64,000 nt of DNA, from positions 16,664-80,663 of the forward strand of contig JAKAEB010000001.1 of NCBI GenBank assembly GCA_021818445.1, given 5' to 3'. Every line of letters begins with the position of its first letter. Position 1 is the stretch's first letter. Both the position numbers and the translations under genes were made by a program. Below are positions 20,060 through 29,696 of this stretch, piece by piece. The stretch is from Planctomycetota bacterium (lineage in GTDB: Bacteria; Planctomycetota; Phycisphaerae; WQYP01). The notes under the pieces were generated by a model, which saw only the letters and a list, made by a program, of their open reading frames with translations, was not told where the DNA came from and searched no databases.

Positions 20060-20878
20060 TCACGCTGGCAGGCCGATCACTGAAAGCATGCGGCCTGTCA
20101 CACCATGATCGCGTCGATGCGAATAAAACCACTCCGTTTGATCGAAAGTGCACAGATGGGCTGAATCGATGTTTGTCAGCCCACTATGTACCAGCTCGAT
20201 GTGGGCGGCTAACTGTAAATTGACGTGAGGCTTCGGGCCATCAGTCACGGCCGCTCGCAACCCTGCCGCCTCAAACGCGGCCGCCACCTCGGGACCAACC
20301 TCATAATGACCGACTCCAATGCACGGGCCTATCGCGCCCAAGAAATTTCTGTCTCGCCCAAGGGCGTTTAATTCCGCCACACAGTGACCAATTACCCCGG
20401 CCACCAATCCACGCCACCCTGCGTGCACCACCGCTGCCAGATTCCCCTGCTCATTTGCTATCAAAATAGGCACACAATCTGCCGTGCGCATGCCGGCTAA
20501 AAATTTGGGCGTTTTGACAATGATGGCATCGGCACAGGTTGGTTCAGCCACCTGCGGTTGATCACGCTGCATTTTCAACCGTGGCTCCACGTCGGAATCC
20601 AGCACCGCGACATCGGCACCATGCACCTGGCTTACCGTAAAAAGTTGGTAATCATCCGCGCCCAGCGCGCATTGAAATCGCCGCTTGTTTTCCGTGATGT
20701 GGTCGGCGGCATCCTGCACACCGATTGCCGGGTTGCCCAAGTTCAATGTTTCAAATGGCGCTGGAGATACCCCGCCTAATCGCGTCGAAAAACCATGAAT
20801 GTAGCCTGCCTTGGCAAGCGCTGGAGAGGTAAAAAAGACCACGCCGGATGGGGCTGTTACTTGAATCAATTCCGCCAA
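20060..20878 (-). CDS. pgeF: Peptidoglycan editing factor PgeF (YfiH/DUF152 laccase-domain family)
   Basis: YIHGFSTRLGGVS, HGADV and the conserved Cys/His pattern of the YfiH family. Confidence 0.75.
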   Translation of the reverse strand: MAELIQVTAPSGVVFFTSPALAKAGYIHGFSTRLGGVSPAPFETLNLGNPAIGVQDAADHITENKRRFQCALGADDYQLFTVSQVHGADVAVLDSDVEPRLKMQRDQPQVAEPTCADAIIVKTPKFLAGMRTADCVPILIANEQGNLAAVVHAGWRGLVAGVIGHCVAELNALGRDRNFLGAIGPCIGVGHYEVGPEVAAAFEAAGLRAAVTDGPKPHVNLQLAAHIELVHSGLTNIDSAHLCTFDQTEWFYSHRRDHGVTGRMLSVIGLPA

Positions 20879-20917
20879 CGCACATCCCTGTGTTGGCCGT
20901 ATAGTTCACCTTACGGC

Positions 20918-21910
20918 TTAACCCTGAAAGTATATTGCCCGCTTGATGGCTTCCGCTACGCGTTGCACGCTGGGCACCACATGCTGGAGCAGGGGCTTGC
21001 TGTACGGCATTGGTACATCCAACGCCGCTACACGCACCACGCTGTTATCCAGATCATCCAACGCATGTTGCTGTACCTGCGCCGCAATTTCGGCACCGAC
21101 TCCGCATTGCGGGTATCCCTCTTCCACCGTCACCAAATACCCGGTCTTTTTAACCGAGCTCAAAATAGAATTAATATCCATCGGCCGCAAGGTGCGCAAA
21201 TCAATCACTTCCACCTTAATGCCATGAGCCTTTTCCAATTCCTCGGCGGCCGCCATCGCAGTAAGCACGGTGTGGCCCCATCCCACCACGGTGCAATCGG
21301 TTCCTTCCCGCTTGATATCCGCCTTTCCAAATTCAATAAGGTATTCTTCTTCCGGGACCTCACCTCGATTGCCGTACATCGACTCATTTTCTAGAAATAT
21401 GACCGGGTCGTTATCACGAATCGCCGTTTTTAGTAATCCCTTCGCATCGTATGGATTCGATGGAATAACCACCTTAAGCCCCGGTACATGGGTGTATAGG
21501 GCGTCAACCGTCCATGAATGGGTGGCTCCAAGCTGCTGGCCGGGGCCAGAGATACCCCGGAACACAATTGGTACACTAAGCTGCCCGCCCGACATATGCC
21601 GCACCTTGGGCGCGTTATTTACCACCTGATCAAAAGCCACCAGCGAAAATGAAAAGGTCATAAATTCAATAATCGGCCGCATGCCCACCATCGCCGCCCC
21701 GACGCCCAGCCCGGCAAATCCGCATTCGGAAATCGGCGTATCGACCACCCGCATCGGGCCGAACTTCGCCAGCATCCCCTGCGATACCTTGTAGGCACCG
21801 TCATACTCGGCAACTTCCTCACCCATTAAAAACACATCGGGGTCGCGCTCCATCTCTTCGCACATCGCCTGGTTGAGCGCTTCACGCATTTGAATAACTG
21901 GCATCATCAA
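20918..21910 (-). CDS. pdhB: 2-oxo acid (pyruvate/acetoin-type) dehydrogenase E1 component beta subunit
   Basis: 330 aa transketolase-like beta subunit: GEEVAEYDGAYKVSQGMLAKFG...VVDTPISE. Confidence 0.85.
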   Translation of the reverse strand: MMMPVIQMREALNQAMCEEMERDPDVFLMGEEVAEYDGAYKVSQGMLAKFGPMRVVDTPISECGFAGLGVGAAMVGMRPIIEFMTFSFSLVAFDQVVNNAPKVRHMSGGQLSVPIVFRGISGPGQQLGATHSWTVDALYTHVPGLKVVIPSNPYDAKGLLKTAIRDNDPVIFLENESMYGNRGEVPEEEYLIEFGKADIKREGTDCTVVGWGHTVLTAMAAAEELEKAHGIKVEVIDLRTLRPMDINSILSSVKKTGYLVTVEEGYPQCGVGAEIAAQVQQHALDDLDNSVVRVAALDVPMPYSKPLLQHVVPSVQRVAEAIKRAIYFQG

Positions 21911-22006
21911 TCCTTCCCGCTTGGGGTGATCAGGGGGTCTGCTACAATTCGCTTATAACGCATTAAACCATCACATCGGATGATTTTGGTACCGCGACGT
22001 GCGGTT

Positions 22007-23026
22007 TCAACGGTAAGGCCCAAAGGGCTGGGCGTAAATATCCGTCCAGACGTCTTCGAGTTCAGGCGTCGGATCAGCATCCGCCTTTTCGTGCGCTGCT
22101 TCCACCTCCCGGTGGATTTCATCCGCTATGGCGCTGATCTTTGCCGCATCCAACAGCCGTTTTTCCTGCAATATCTTCTCAAGCCGACCGATTGGATCAT
22201 GCTTTTGGTATTCCGCAACTTCTTCATGAGTGCGATACTTCTGCGGGTCTGACATACTGTGGCCGCGATAACGATACGTTTTAACTTCAAGGAATATCGA
22301 TCCATTTCCCTGACGGCAGTAATCTGCGGCAGACCTCACCATTTTGTACATCGCTAAACAGTCCATACCATCGACGTCTTTGCCGGGGATACCGTAGGCA
22401 TCCGCCGTACGCAATTTCAGTTCTGTGACGGCCGATGCCCGGTGAATGTGCGTTCCCATCCCATAGCCATTATTTTCCACCAGAAAGATGCAAGGTAATT
22501 TGAAAAGCCCGGCCAGATTCAACGCCTCGTGAAATGATCCCTGATTGATCGCTCCGTCGCCAAAGTAACACAACACCACCCGGTCCTGCTTACGGTATTT
22601 AATGGCCCAGCCCAGGCCGGTCGCCAGCGGAATATGCGCACCAACAATGGCGTGCCCACCGAAAAAATTCTTTTCGGTATCAAAAAAGTGCATCGACCCG
22701 CCTTTGCCGTGCGAGCACCCCGAACGCTTGCCGTATAGCTCGGCAAACAGCGGATGAATGTCCATCCCCCTGGCTATGGCATGCCCATGGTCGCGGTAGG
22801 CAGTGATGATGTAATCGTCCTTCCGCACCGCTCCGATTGATCCAACCGCCACCGCCTCCTGCCCGCTGTACAGATGGCAAAAACCGCCAATCTTCTGCTG
22901 TTGATAAGACTGTGCACATCGGAGCTCAAACTGCCGAATCAACACCATCTGCCTGTACCACTGCATGAGTTCCGCGTCGGTGGGTTCCGCCTTGATGGCG
23001 GGCTCTGCTACTGTCGTCACGCCCAA
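22007..23026 (-). CDS. pdhA: 2-oxo acid dehydrogenase E1 component alpha subunit (TPP-binding)
   Basis: YRDHGHAIARG and the GDGAINQGSFHEALNLAGLFKLPCIFLVENNGYGMGT TPP motif. Confidence 0.85.
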   Translation of the reverse strand: MGVTTVAEPAIKAEPTDAELMQWYRQMVLIRQFELRCAQSYQQQKIGGFCHLYSGQEAVAVGSIGAVRKDDYIITAYRDHGHAIARGMDIHPLFAELYGKRSGCSHGKGGSMHFFDTEKNFFGGHAIVGAHIPLATGLGWAIKYRKQDRVVLCYFGDGAINQGSFHEALNLAGLFKLPCIFLVENNGYGMGTHIHRASAVTELKLRTADAYGIPGKDVDGMDCLAMYKMVRSAADYCRQGNGSIFLEVKTYRYRGHSMSDPQKYRTHEEVAEYQKHDPIGRLEKILQEKRLLDAAKISAIADEIHREVEAAHEKADADPTPELEDVWTDIYAQPFGPYR

Positions 23027-23346
23027 TTCCCTTTAATTTCGCCTCAGCACGAAAAACCCCGCCGAAACCTCACCCCGTTGTGGCGGTTCCCGAGTTCCCC
23101 GGCACTGCGCATTTGCAGCGGATGGTAATCCGCTCCATCTTTATTCTAATCGGCGATGCGCCTCCCGCCAACATCACCTCCATACGACGCTTCATAACTT
23201 CTTACCGATACCCACTGGTGCCCAAAGATGCATCTCGCACCTTAATAAAAACAGTTTTATCGGATGGCGCTTGTATCGCACTCTGCAATCGTGTATCCCA
23301 TAGGTAGAAGTGTTTTGGACATCCATGGTCTAACCCGGGGGCCGAC

Positions 23347-26031
23347 ATGCAACCCACACCAGAATTTGATTCCGCCAATCATGAGTCTAATAAAATGGCC
23401 AAACCCGAAGAGGCCGCAAAATGGCGACAGTGGGGGCCCTATGTCTCCGCCCGCGCGTGGGGCACCGTTCGCGAAGACTATTCACCCAATGGCGAGGCCT
23501 GGAGCTACTTCTCCCATGACATGGCCCGCAGTCGGGCTTACCGCTGGAGCGAGGATGGTATCGCCGGCCTTTGCGATGATGAACAATTCCTCTGCCTTGC
23601 CCCCACCTTTTGGAATGGCCGCGACCCCATCCTGAAAGAACGTTTCTTCGGCTTGACCAATCGGGAGGGTAATCATGGCGAGGACGTCAAAGAATATTGG
23701 TTCGCCACCGATAACGTTCCATCTCATTCCTACATGAAATTGATCTACCGCTATCCCCACGCGGAATTTCCCTATCGCGGACTTGTGGAAATCAATCGCC
23801 ACCGTGGCCCAAACCAGCCGGAATATGAACTCGTCGATACCGGCGTCTTCGCTGATGACGCATTTTTTGACATCACCATCGAATATGCCAAACTGGAACC
23901 CGGTAAAATTTATGCCCGCTTTACCATCAAAAATTGCGGCAAGGCACCTGCACCCTTTCATTTGCTCCCGACGCTCTGGTTCCGCAACACCTGGTCGTGG
24001 AATAAGAACGCCCCGTCCGAACCGACCATCACACTTGTCGGCAATAAAGACAATGGCGATGTGGTGCTGAAAGCCGACCATGAAAAACTCGGCACCTATT
24101 ACCTCCATGCGAAAGACGTCCACGAAACGCTTTTTACATTTAATGAAACCAATCGTCAAAAACTTTACAACGCCCCCAATACCCATCCCGCGGTTAAAGA
24201 CGCCTTCCACGATTACATCATCAACGGTAAACACAACGCCGTGCACCAGAAGCCGGCCGGCACCAAGGCCGCCCTTTATTTCACCTGGTTGCTGGCACCG
24301 CAATCCACCAAAGTGGTGGAAATTCTGCTTGCCGACGCCCGGGTGGACCAGCCGTTCAAGGAATGTGCCGCCACCTTTGATGCCCGGAAAAAGGAAGCCG
24401 ATCATTTTTATGCCCGCATGCTGCCGGAAAACTGCGATCCCCAATGGCGGCGGGTATCCCGGCAGGCCCTGTCAGGCATATTGTGGAATAAGCAATTTTA
24501 TAATTATCCCGTCAGGCAGTGGCTCCTCGGCGATGACGACTTCCCCGCGCCACCCCAACGCCTCAAAGGTCGCAATCATGATTGGACCCGCCTCAACGCC
24601 CGCGACATCATTGTCATGCCCGATAGCTGGGAATATCCGTGGTTTGCCGCCTGGGACTGGGCCTTCCATCTCCTCACACTCTGCTATCTCGATCTCGATC
24701 TGGCCAAGTCCCATTTAGAACTGATCGTGTCTGAACGCTATCAGAATCTCTCCGGCCAGTTGCCAGCCTATGAATGGGCATTCGGCGATGTCAACCCGCC
24801 CGTTCAGGCACTGGCGACCTGGCGCATTTACAACAACGAAAAACGCCGCAGGAAAAAAGGTGATCATGAATTTCTCGAACGCATGTTCCACAAACTCCTG
24901 ATTAATTTTGTCTGGTGGGTCAACCGCAAAGACAGCGTGGGAAAAAATATTTTTCAAGGTGGGTTTCTCGGCCTTGATAATATTTCTATATTTAATCGCA
25001 GTCAGCCACTGCCCGCCGGACTGTCGCTGGAACAGGCCGACGGCACCGGCTGGATGGGCCTCTTCTGCCTGAACATGATGACAATTGCCATTGAACTCTC
25101 GCAGGTGGACCCCAGCTACAGCCACATGGCACTGAAATTCTTCGATCATTTCCTCGCCATCTCTGAAGCCATCAATTCTCCCGTTGAAGGTGGCAGTGGC
25201 CTGTGGGATCGGCAGGACGGTTTTTATTACGACAAAATCACCAGTGACGAAGGACGCACCGTCATTCCGCTTCGCCTGCGGTCCAATGTCGGTATTATTC
25301 CCCTGTATGCCGTGCAGATATTGGAAAAAAGCTGGTTCGTCAATTTGCCGGCATTTAAAGACCGTTGGAATTCATCCGATATGCGTGATCGCATTGACTG
25401 TGCCCACGTCGGCGTAAGCACGTCCGCCGACGGCGAACGCCTTCTGCTGAGTATTGCCAATCAGCACCGTCTGCAGAGGGTTTTGGCTCGCGTAGTTGAT
25501 GAAAATGAATTTCTTTCACCCTACGGCGTGCGATCTCTTTCCCGCTTCTACCTTAATAATCCCTATCGCCTGCGCCTCGACGGACACGAATTGGCTGTCA
25601 ACTATGAACCGGCCGAGTCCACCTCCGGTCTATTCGGCGGCAATTCCAATTGGCGCGGCCCAGTATGGTTCCCCACCAATTATCTCCTCATCACGGCACT
25701 GCGTACCTACAACCGCTTTTACGGTGACGGCATCAAAGTGAACAACCCCGCCAAAGCCGGCGAGCAGATCAATTTGCTTCAGCTTTCTGAAGAACTTTGC
25801 CGTCGTATGATCAGCATCTTTACACGCGGTGCCGACGGCCGACGACCGGCTTTCGGTGGTCAGGCCATGTTTCAGGAAAATCCGCTATGGAAAGACCTCA
25901 TTCAGTTTAATGAGTATTACCATGGTGATAACGGCGCGGGCATAGGCGCTTCGCATCAAACCGGATGGACCGCCCTGGTGGTTCAGATGATTGACTATGC
26001 CACACGCAGTTATGATCGCAGCGGCGCTTGA
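23347..26031 (+). CDS. GH63 family glucosidase (MGH1-like / mannosyl-oligosaccharide glucosidase-like)
   Basis: 894 aa. N-terminal WGPYVSARAWGTVREDYS and WxxDGIAGLCDD, and an (alpha/alpha)6 C-terminal region typical of bacterial GH63. Confidence 0.7.
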   Translation: MQPTPEFDSANHESNKMAKPEEAAKWRQWGPYVSARAWGTVREDYSPNGEAWSYFSHDMARSRAYRWSEDGIAGLCDDEQFLCLAPTFWNGRDPILKERFFGLTNREGNHGEDVKEYWFATDNVPSHSYMKLIYRYPHAEFPYRGLVEINRHRGPNQPEYELVDTGVFADDAFFDITIEYAKLEPGKIYARFTIKNCGKAPAPFHLLPTLWFRNTWSWNKNAPSEPTITLVGNKDNGDVVLKADHEKLGTYYLHAKDVHETLFTFNETNRQKLYNAPNTHPAVKDAFHDYIINGKHNAVHQKPAGTKAALYFTWLLAPQSTKVVEILLADARVDQPFKECAATFDARKKEADHFYARMLPENCDPQWRRVSRQALSGILWNKQFYNYPVRQWLLGDDDFPAPPQRLKGRNHDWTRLNARDIIVMPDSWEYPWFAAWDWAFHLLTLCYLDLDLAKSHLELIVSERYQNLSGQLPAYEWAFGDVNPPVQALATWRIYNNEKRRRKKGDHEFLERMFHKLLINFVWWVNRKDSVGKNIFQGGFLGLDNISIFNRSQPLPAGLSLEQADGTGWMGLFCLNMMTIAIELSQVDPSYSHMALKFFDHFLAISEAINSPVEGGSGLWDRQDGFYYDKITSDEGRTVIPLRLRSNVGIIPLYAVQILEKSWFVNLPAFKDRWNSSDMRDRIDCAHVGVSTSADGERLLLSIANQHRLQRVLARVVDENEFLSPYGVRSLSRFYLNNPYRLRLDGHELAVNYEPAESTSGLFGGNSNWRGPVWFPTNYLLITALRTYNRFYGDGIKVNNPAKAGEQINLLQLSEELCRRMISIFTRGADGRRPAFGGQAMFQENPLWKDLIQFNEYYHGDNGAGIGASHQTGWTALVVQMIDYATRSYDRSGA

Positions 26032-26070
26032 TCCTTCGCACAGAATCGTGCGCAAGGAGGAAACAACAAT

Positions 26071-26820
26071 ATGACTATCCCTTTATTTGTTAGCGATAAA
26101 GCCAAGCCACAATTGGCAACGCAGTCGCTTTCCGTTGGCTGTCTGCTCTTCGACCAAATGGACCAGATCGACTTCACAGGGCCGTTTGAAGTGCTTTCTC
26201 GTATGCCGGGCGCAGCGGTTCAAACTATCGGGAAAAGGGTTGCACCCATTCGCGATGTGCAGGGTCTTCAGCTATTTCCGGATAAAAGCATCGCGGAAGC
26301 AGGACTCTTCGACGTTCTGGTTCCGCCCGGCGGTTTTGGACAGCAGTCGCTAATGCACGACGAGGAAGTGCTGGGCCTCATTCGCAATCACGTGCAGGAA
26401 GATAAGCTTCTGTTTTCGGTCTGCACGGGTGCCTTGCTCTGCGGCGCCGCGGGCGTACTGGCGGGCCGATTCGTTACCACCCACTGGAGTGCCCGCCACT
26501 TGATGCGGCATTACGGCGCAACTCTTGCCGATGCAAGGGTCGTGTTCGATGGCAACATAATCAGCGCCGCCGGTGTGACGGCAGGGCTGGATGCGTCCCT
26601 CGTGCTGGTCTCACTCCTGCGCGGCGATGCCGTCGCGCAGGAAATTCAACTGGCCATCGAGTATGCCCCGAACCCCATCTTCAACAGCGGAACTCCCGAT
26701 ATCGCGCCGCCCAATGTCCTTGAGAGTTTTCACCTGAAATACAAGCCGATCGGGATGGCGCGGGAGACGGAGGCCACCCGCTACGCGGCGGCCCACCCAA
26801 GCGTTCGTGCGGATCAATAA
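26071..26820 (+). CDS. DJ-1/PfpI family protein (GlxA-like amidotransferase fold)
   Basis: Conserved nucleophile elbow LLFSVCTGALLCGAAGVL. AGGAGG RBS upstream. Confidence 0.75.
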   Translation: MTIPLFVSDKAKPQLATQSLSVGCLLFDQMDQIDFTGPFEVLSRMPGAAVQTIGKRVAPIRDVQGLQLFPDKSIAEAGLFDVLVPPGGFGQQSLMHDEEVLGLIRNHVQEDKLLFSVCTGALLCGAAGVLAGRFVTTHWSARHLMRHYGATLADARVVFDGNIISAAGVTAGLDASLVLVSLLRGDAVAQEIQLAIEYAPNPIFNSGTPDIAPPNVLESFHLKYKPIGMARETEATRYAAAHPSVRADQ

Positions 26821-27211
26821 ATGTCGGCCGCATGCCCCATGTTTAGCGCCGTCGCCGGGCGATGGGCGCTAATTGCAATGCCAAATTGCGGCCCCTGTGA
26901 CAACAACGTCGCATCCGCCCCCCCATTTAGCCGCGTGCATGGTGCACGCGTGACGACGCATGACCCATCCGGCCGCCCCTATTTTCAACACAAAGCGCGC
27001 CAAGAAAAGAACGCCAGCCGATTAGTTTTTTATTAACCACGACCATGGCACCGACCCCAATAATTCGGCTTTACGCCCGCAATATTGCGACGCGGGCAGC
27101 GGGCGGCGAATGGCTGGCGCATCCACGCCGGTCGGGTTTCCTCAAAAATTGGCCGGCTTCAGCGCGTGCGTTGGTACGGTCATCAGCCGATGCGCTTTTC
27201 GGACGATTGGC

Positions 27212-27988
27212 TCATTCGATGGCTGCGGTTTTGCCTGCAGCATCGGCGGCGGGGGCCATGGGGCGCAGAAGCGTGGCGATCTTGGCGTCAAGCGGTGCCC
27301 GCCTCGCAAGGTAAGGCCTTGCCACAGTCCATGCGACCAACGCCACCGCCGGGCAAAGGAACCAAAGTCCCCCCGAGAAAGCCACCCTCTGCGTAAGTAC
27401 CGAAAATACCACAAGCAAACCGTCCGCATATTCTACCGCTTTCGAGGTGGCACCAATCCAGCAGGCATCCGGTGTCCCCGACGGGCCGCTTGCCTCGATA
27501 ATCACTGCGGACGCACCCTTATCGTACCGAGTGGCGGATAGAACAAAATACTGCTTCCTGTCGCCCCGAACCACGAAGCCCGCGACCGGGAACCGATACC
27601 CGCTCGCCGGCCCGAATCCCTCTTCTGCAGCCAGAAGGGCGACCTTTTCGGCCGGCAGCGCGACCGCGACGCCCCTCGGCGTGTCATGCAACAGTCCCAA
27701 GGCTCGGATGGGGGCTACCGCGTCGCGGCCCCAACGCCTCGCAACGAGTACCGCGAGGAAAACCAGGCAACTCAATATTCCGATTAACGACCAGAATCCC
27801 TCCACCCAGAGACGGCCGTACAGCAGGGCCCCCGAGTTGTATAAGCCGTCGAAGACTTCAAAGAGCGTAACCGCAACGGCACCACCGCACAAAGACTCGA
27901 TACATACGTTAGAAAACCGAGCGAGCGTCCAATCGAATTTACTGCGTCTGACAAAAATTGGCTGCGATGCAACACCAGTGCCGCTCAT
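27212..27988 (-). CDS. Candidate immunity protein (integral membrane) cognate to the upstream RHS-CT toxin
   Basis: Start MSGTGVASQPIF... overlaps the toxin stop (CCATGA, with ATG nested in TGA). ~258 aa with several hydrophobic helices. Assignment is by position only. Confidence 0.45.
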   Translation of the reverse strand: MSGTGVASQPIFVRRSKFDWTLARFSNVCIESLCGGAVAVTLFEVFDGLYNSGALLYGRLWVEGFWSLIGILSCLVFLAVLVARRWGRDAVAPIRALGLLHDTPRGVAVALPAEKVALLAAEEGFGPASGYRFPVAGFVVRGDRKQYFVLSATRYDKGASAVIIEASGPSGTPDACWIGATSKAVEYADGLLVVFSVLTQRVAFSGGLWFLCPAVALVAWTVARPYLARRAPLDAKIATLLRPMAPAADAAGKTAAIE

Positions 27989-28731
27989 GGTACCACCACC
28001 GGCTGTGTGCCAACCCAAGTTGGCCCGTAAACCCTTATCCATTTGGTCTGATAGGGATTGCCGTCGAGGGCCCAGTCGACCGCATCGGTTGCCCCCTCGC
28101 TGGCCGCCGCACCCACGGCCAGGCTCTGTACGGGATTTTTTGTTAAAAGGCCCGTCCCGGCGGCTGCGGCCGTTCCGACAACCATTCCGACGGCGTGCGT
28201 AAACCAAGCAGGTGGATTCTCACCCCGTTCAACCTGCGCCGTGGGTGCGTACACAGGAAGTCCTATTTTTACGCAATGCCCGTCCACCATCACTTTATGG
28301 ATGCCGGTGTAGCCGACCTTTTCCCTGCCCGTCGCGCCCGTGAAATGCCACCCGCCAGCGAGTAATGGACCGAGTACGGCACCGCCAACCCCATCGTAGG
28401 GCGGTGGGAGGTTGGTCGGATAATTCCCCGCGTTTCGGCCAGAGTATTGCTGCAACAGAGCCTGCGTTTGGGGCGAAAGTGGCGGAGGCGGTGGATACAA
28501 GTTCGGATTGCCGCCGCCCAACCCGGAGGCATCTGCCTTCCCCACCGGGCTGCTTTGGACGCATTCGTAAAGATTGATTCCGCCTTGGTAGCCGATCGGG
28601 TCGCGGGTAAGCCACCTGCCCAGATGCGCGGCATAATACCGGTTCCGCACATAATAATTCTGCGTTTCGGCATCGGCGTTGTAGCTGCTACCGCCCGTGG
28701 GAGTTTTATTTTCAGCAATTGCGACCATCAA
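27985..28731 (-). CDS. Orphan RHS repeat-associated core tail + C-terminal polymorphic toxin domain (glycine-zipper-rich)
   Basis: Starts inside the RHS core terminus: YYVRNRYYAAHLGRWLTRDPIGYQGGINLYECVQSSPVGKADASGL, matching RYYDPxxGRFxxxDPIGxxGGxNLYxY...DPxGL. Followed by an unrelated ~170-aa tail containing VGMVVGTAAAAGTGLL. No RHS repeats upstream. Confidence 0.7.
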   Translation of the reverse strand: MMVAIAENKTPTGGSSYNADAETQNYYVRNRYYAAHLGRWLTRDPIGYQGGINLYECVQSSPVGKADASGLGGGNPNLYPPPPPLSPQTQALLQQYSGRNAGNYPTNLPPPYDGVGGAVLGPLLAGGWHFTGATGREKVGYTGIHKVMVDGHCVKIGLPVYAPTAQVERGENPPAWFTHAVGMVVGTAAAAGTGLLTKNPVQSLAVGAAASEGATDAVDWALDGNPYQTKWIRVYGPTWVGTQPVVVP

Positions 28732-29050
28732 TCGGCCTCAAAACTGGAATCAACAACTGGCAACATAACGCGCGGGGGTTCGGGCTGCAAGGAGGGCACA
28801 GCGATATTTCGCACAGGAATGCGTCATTCGTTAGCGCGCCGGGACAAGCCCGGCGGCTCGCTGGGCCATTCCCATACCGAAAGTTTTAACTGTTAACTTT
28901 GCGAATCTCGCGGTGAGGAAAAGGAGTTTGCACCGCCGGGTGCGCCGAGAGCGCGAAGATTTGCGAATCTGATTATTTCGTATTTGTTAATTCTCTCCGC
29001 GGCTCCGAGGCTCTGTGCGAGATATAAAAACCTCTCTGTGTGACATAATG

Positions 29051-29088
29051 CATCATGCCGATGGCATGATGATGTTTGTTGTTTTTTT
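29051..29088 (+). terminator. Perfect 9-bp hairpin (CATCATGCC-gat-GGCATGATG) + T-rich tail, repeat copy 1
   Basis: catcatgccgatggcatgatgatgtttgttgttttttt. Reads as an intrinsic terminator on the plus strand. On the minus strand a second hairpin (GCCACA-acctc-TGTGGC) plus TCTTTTTCTCT lies 15 nt away. Confidence 0.45.
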
Positions 29089-29363
29089 AGCGCGCAGAGA
29101 AAAAGAGCCACAGAGGTTGTGGCACTGGACAAATCTCGCAATATTGGCCGCATCACGACAATTGGGCAGGTCCATATCCCGTATGCTTGGCGTTTCTTGG
29201 CGTCCTCCGCGCCCTTCGCGGTGAATCAGGGTAATTATTTGCACCGCCGGGAGCGCCAAGAACGCGAGGACTTGCGAAACTGATTATTTTGTATTTGTTA
29301 ATTCTCTCCGTGCCTCCGAGTCTCTGCGCGAGATCGTAACACTTCCCTGTGCAAGTAAAGGTA

Positions 29364-29401
29364 TCATGCCGATGGCATGATGATGCTTGTTGTTTGTTTT
29401 T
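29364..29401 (+). terminator. Same hairpin/T-tail motif in repeat copy 2
   Basis: atcatgccgatggcatgatgatgcttgttgtttgttttt. Confidence 0.4.
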
Positions 29402-29696
29402 AGCGCACAGAGAAAAGAGCCACAGAGGCTGCGCCACCGTATCAAACACGATCCCTTGGCCGAAGCATCCCAATTGGGCATCTCCGGGCAAGCCCGCGGC
29501 CATGTATTTCTGGCGAGCGAGACCGGTGATTGGGCGCAGCGCGGGTACTTTTGGTGTGACGTATCCAGCCCTGAAAAAAACGCTTAGCACATTGCGGCAC
29601 CAACTGAACCCCTAAAATGTTATCGATGTTCACTCCGGGTTGATTCAGCCCGATTTCCGTCTTGACCCTGTCTGCCCGCATTGATATAGTCACCGG

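Larger units (their letters stand above)
28908..29527. repeat. Tandem duplication, 2 copies of a ~310-bp unit (copy 1 28908..29217, copy 2 29218..~29527)
   Basis: Direct alignment. Example: ...tttgcaccgccgggtgcgccgagagcgcgaagatttgcgaatctgattatttcgtatttgttaattctctccgcgg... versus ...tttgcaccgccgggagcgccaagaacgcgaggacttgcgaaactgattattttgtatttgttaattctctccgtgc... Continues through the catcatgccgatggcatgatgatg hairpin. ~85% identity. Confidence 0.6.

Noticed and set aside
23482-24444. Long antisense ORFs inside well-supported genes (for example 23482..24444 inside GH63, 15876..16514 inside moxR, 12860..13604 inside the BatA-like gene)
   Set aside because: Typical spurious open frames of high-GC DNA. 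The opposite-strand genes have clear family motifs.
26821-27211. Cluster of short overlapping ORFs (26821..27036, 27045..27314, 27085..27396, 27110..27541) downstream of the immunity candidate
   Set aside because: Mutually overlapping in different frames, Arg/Ala/Gly-rich as expected for random GC-rich frames, no RBS. The region is probably the 3' UTR of the immunity gene.
28908-29527. CRISPR array
   Set aside because: Only two copies of a 310-bp unit, far too long for CRISPR repeats. No cas genes.
28893-29590. Track ORFs 28893..29156 and 29153..29590 (minus) spanning the tandem repeats
   Set aside because: Their similarity to each other is explained by the nucleotide-level duplication. Sequences are low-complexity, lack RBS, and include the palindromic hairpin. 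Treated as repeat-derived, non-coding.
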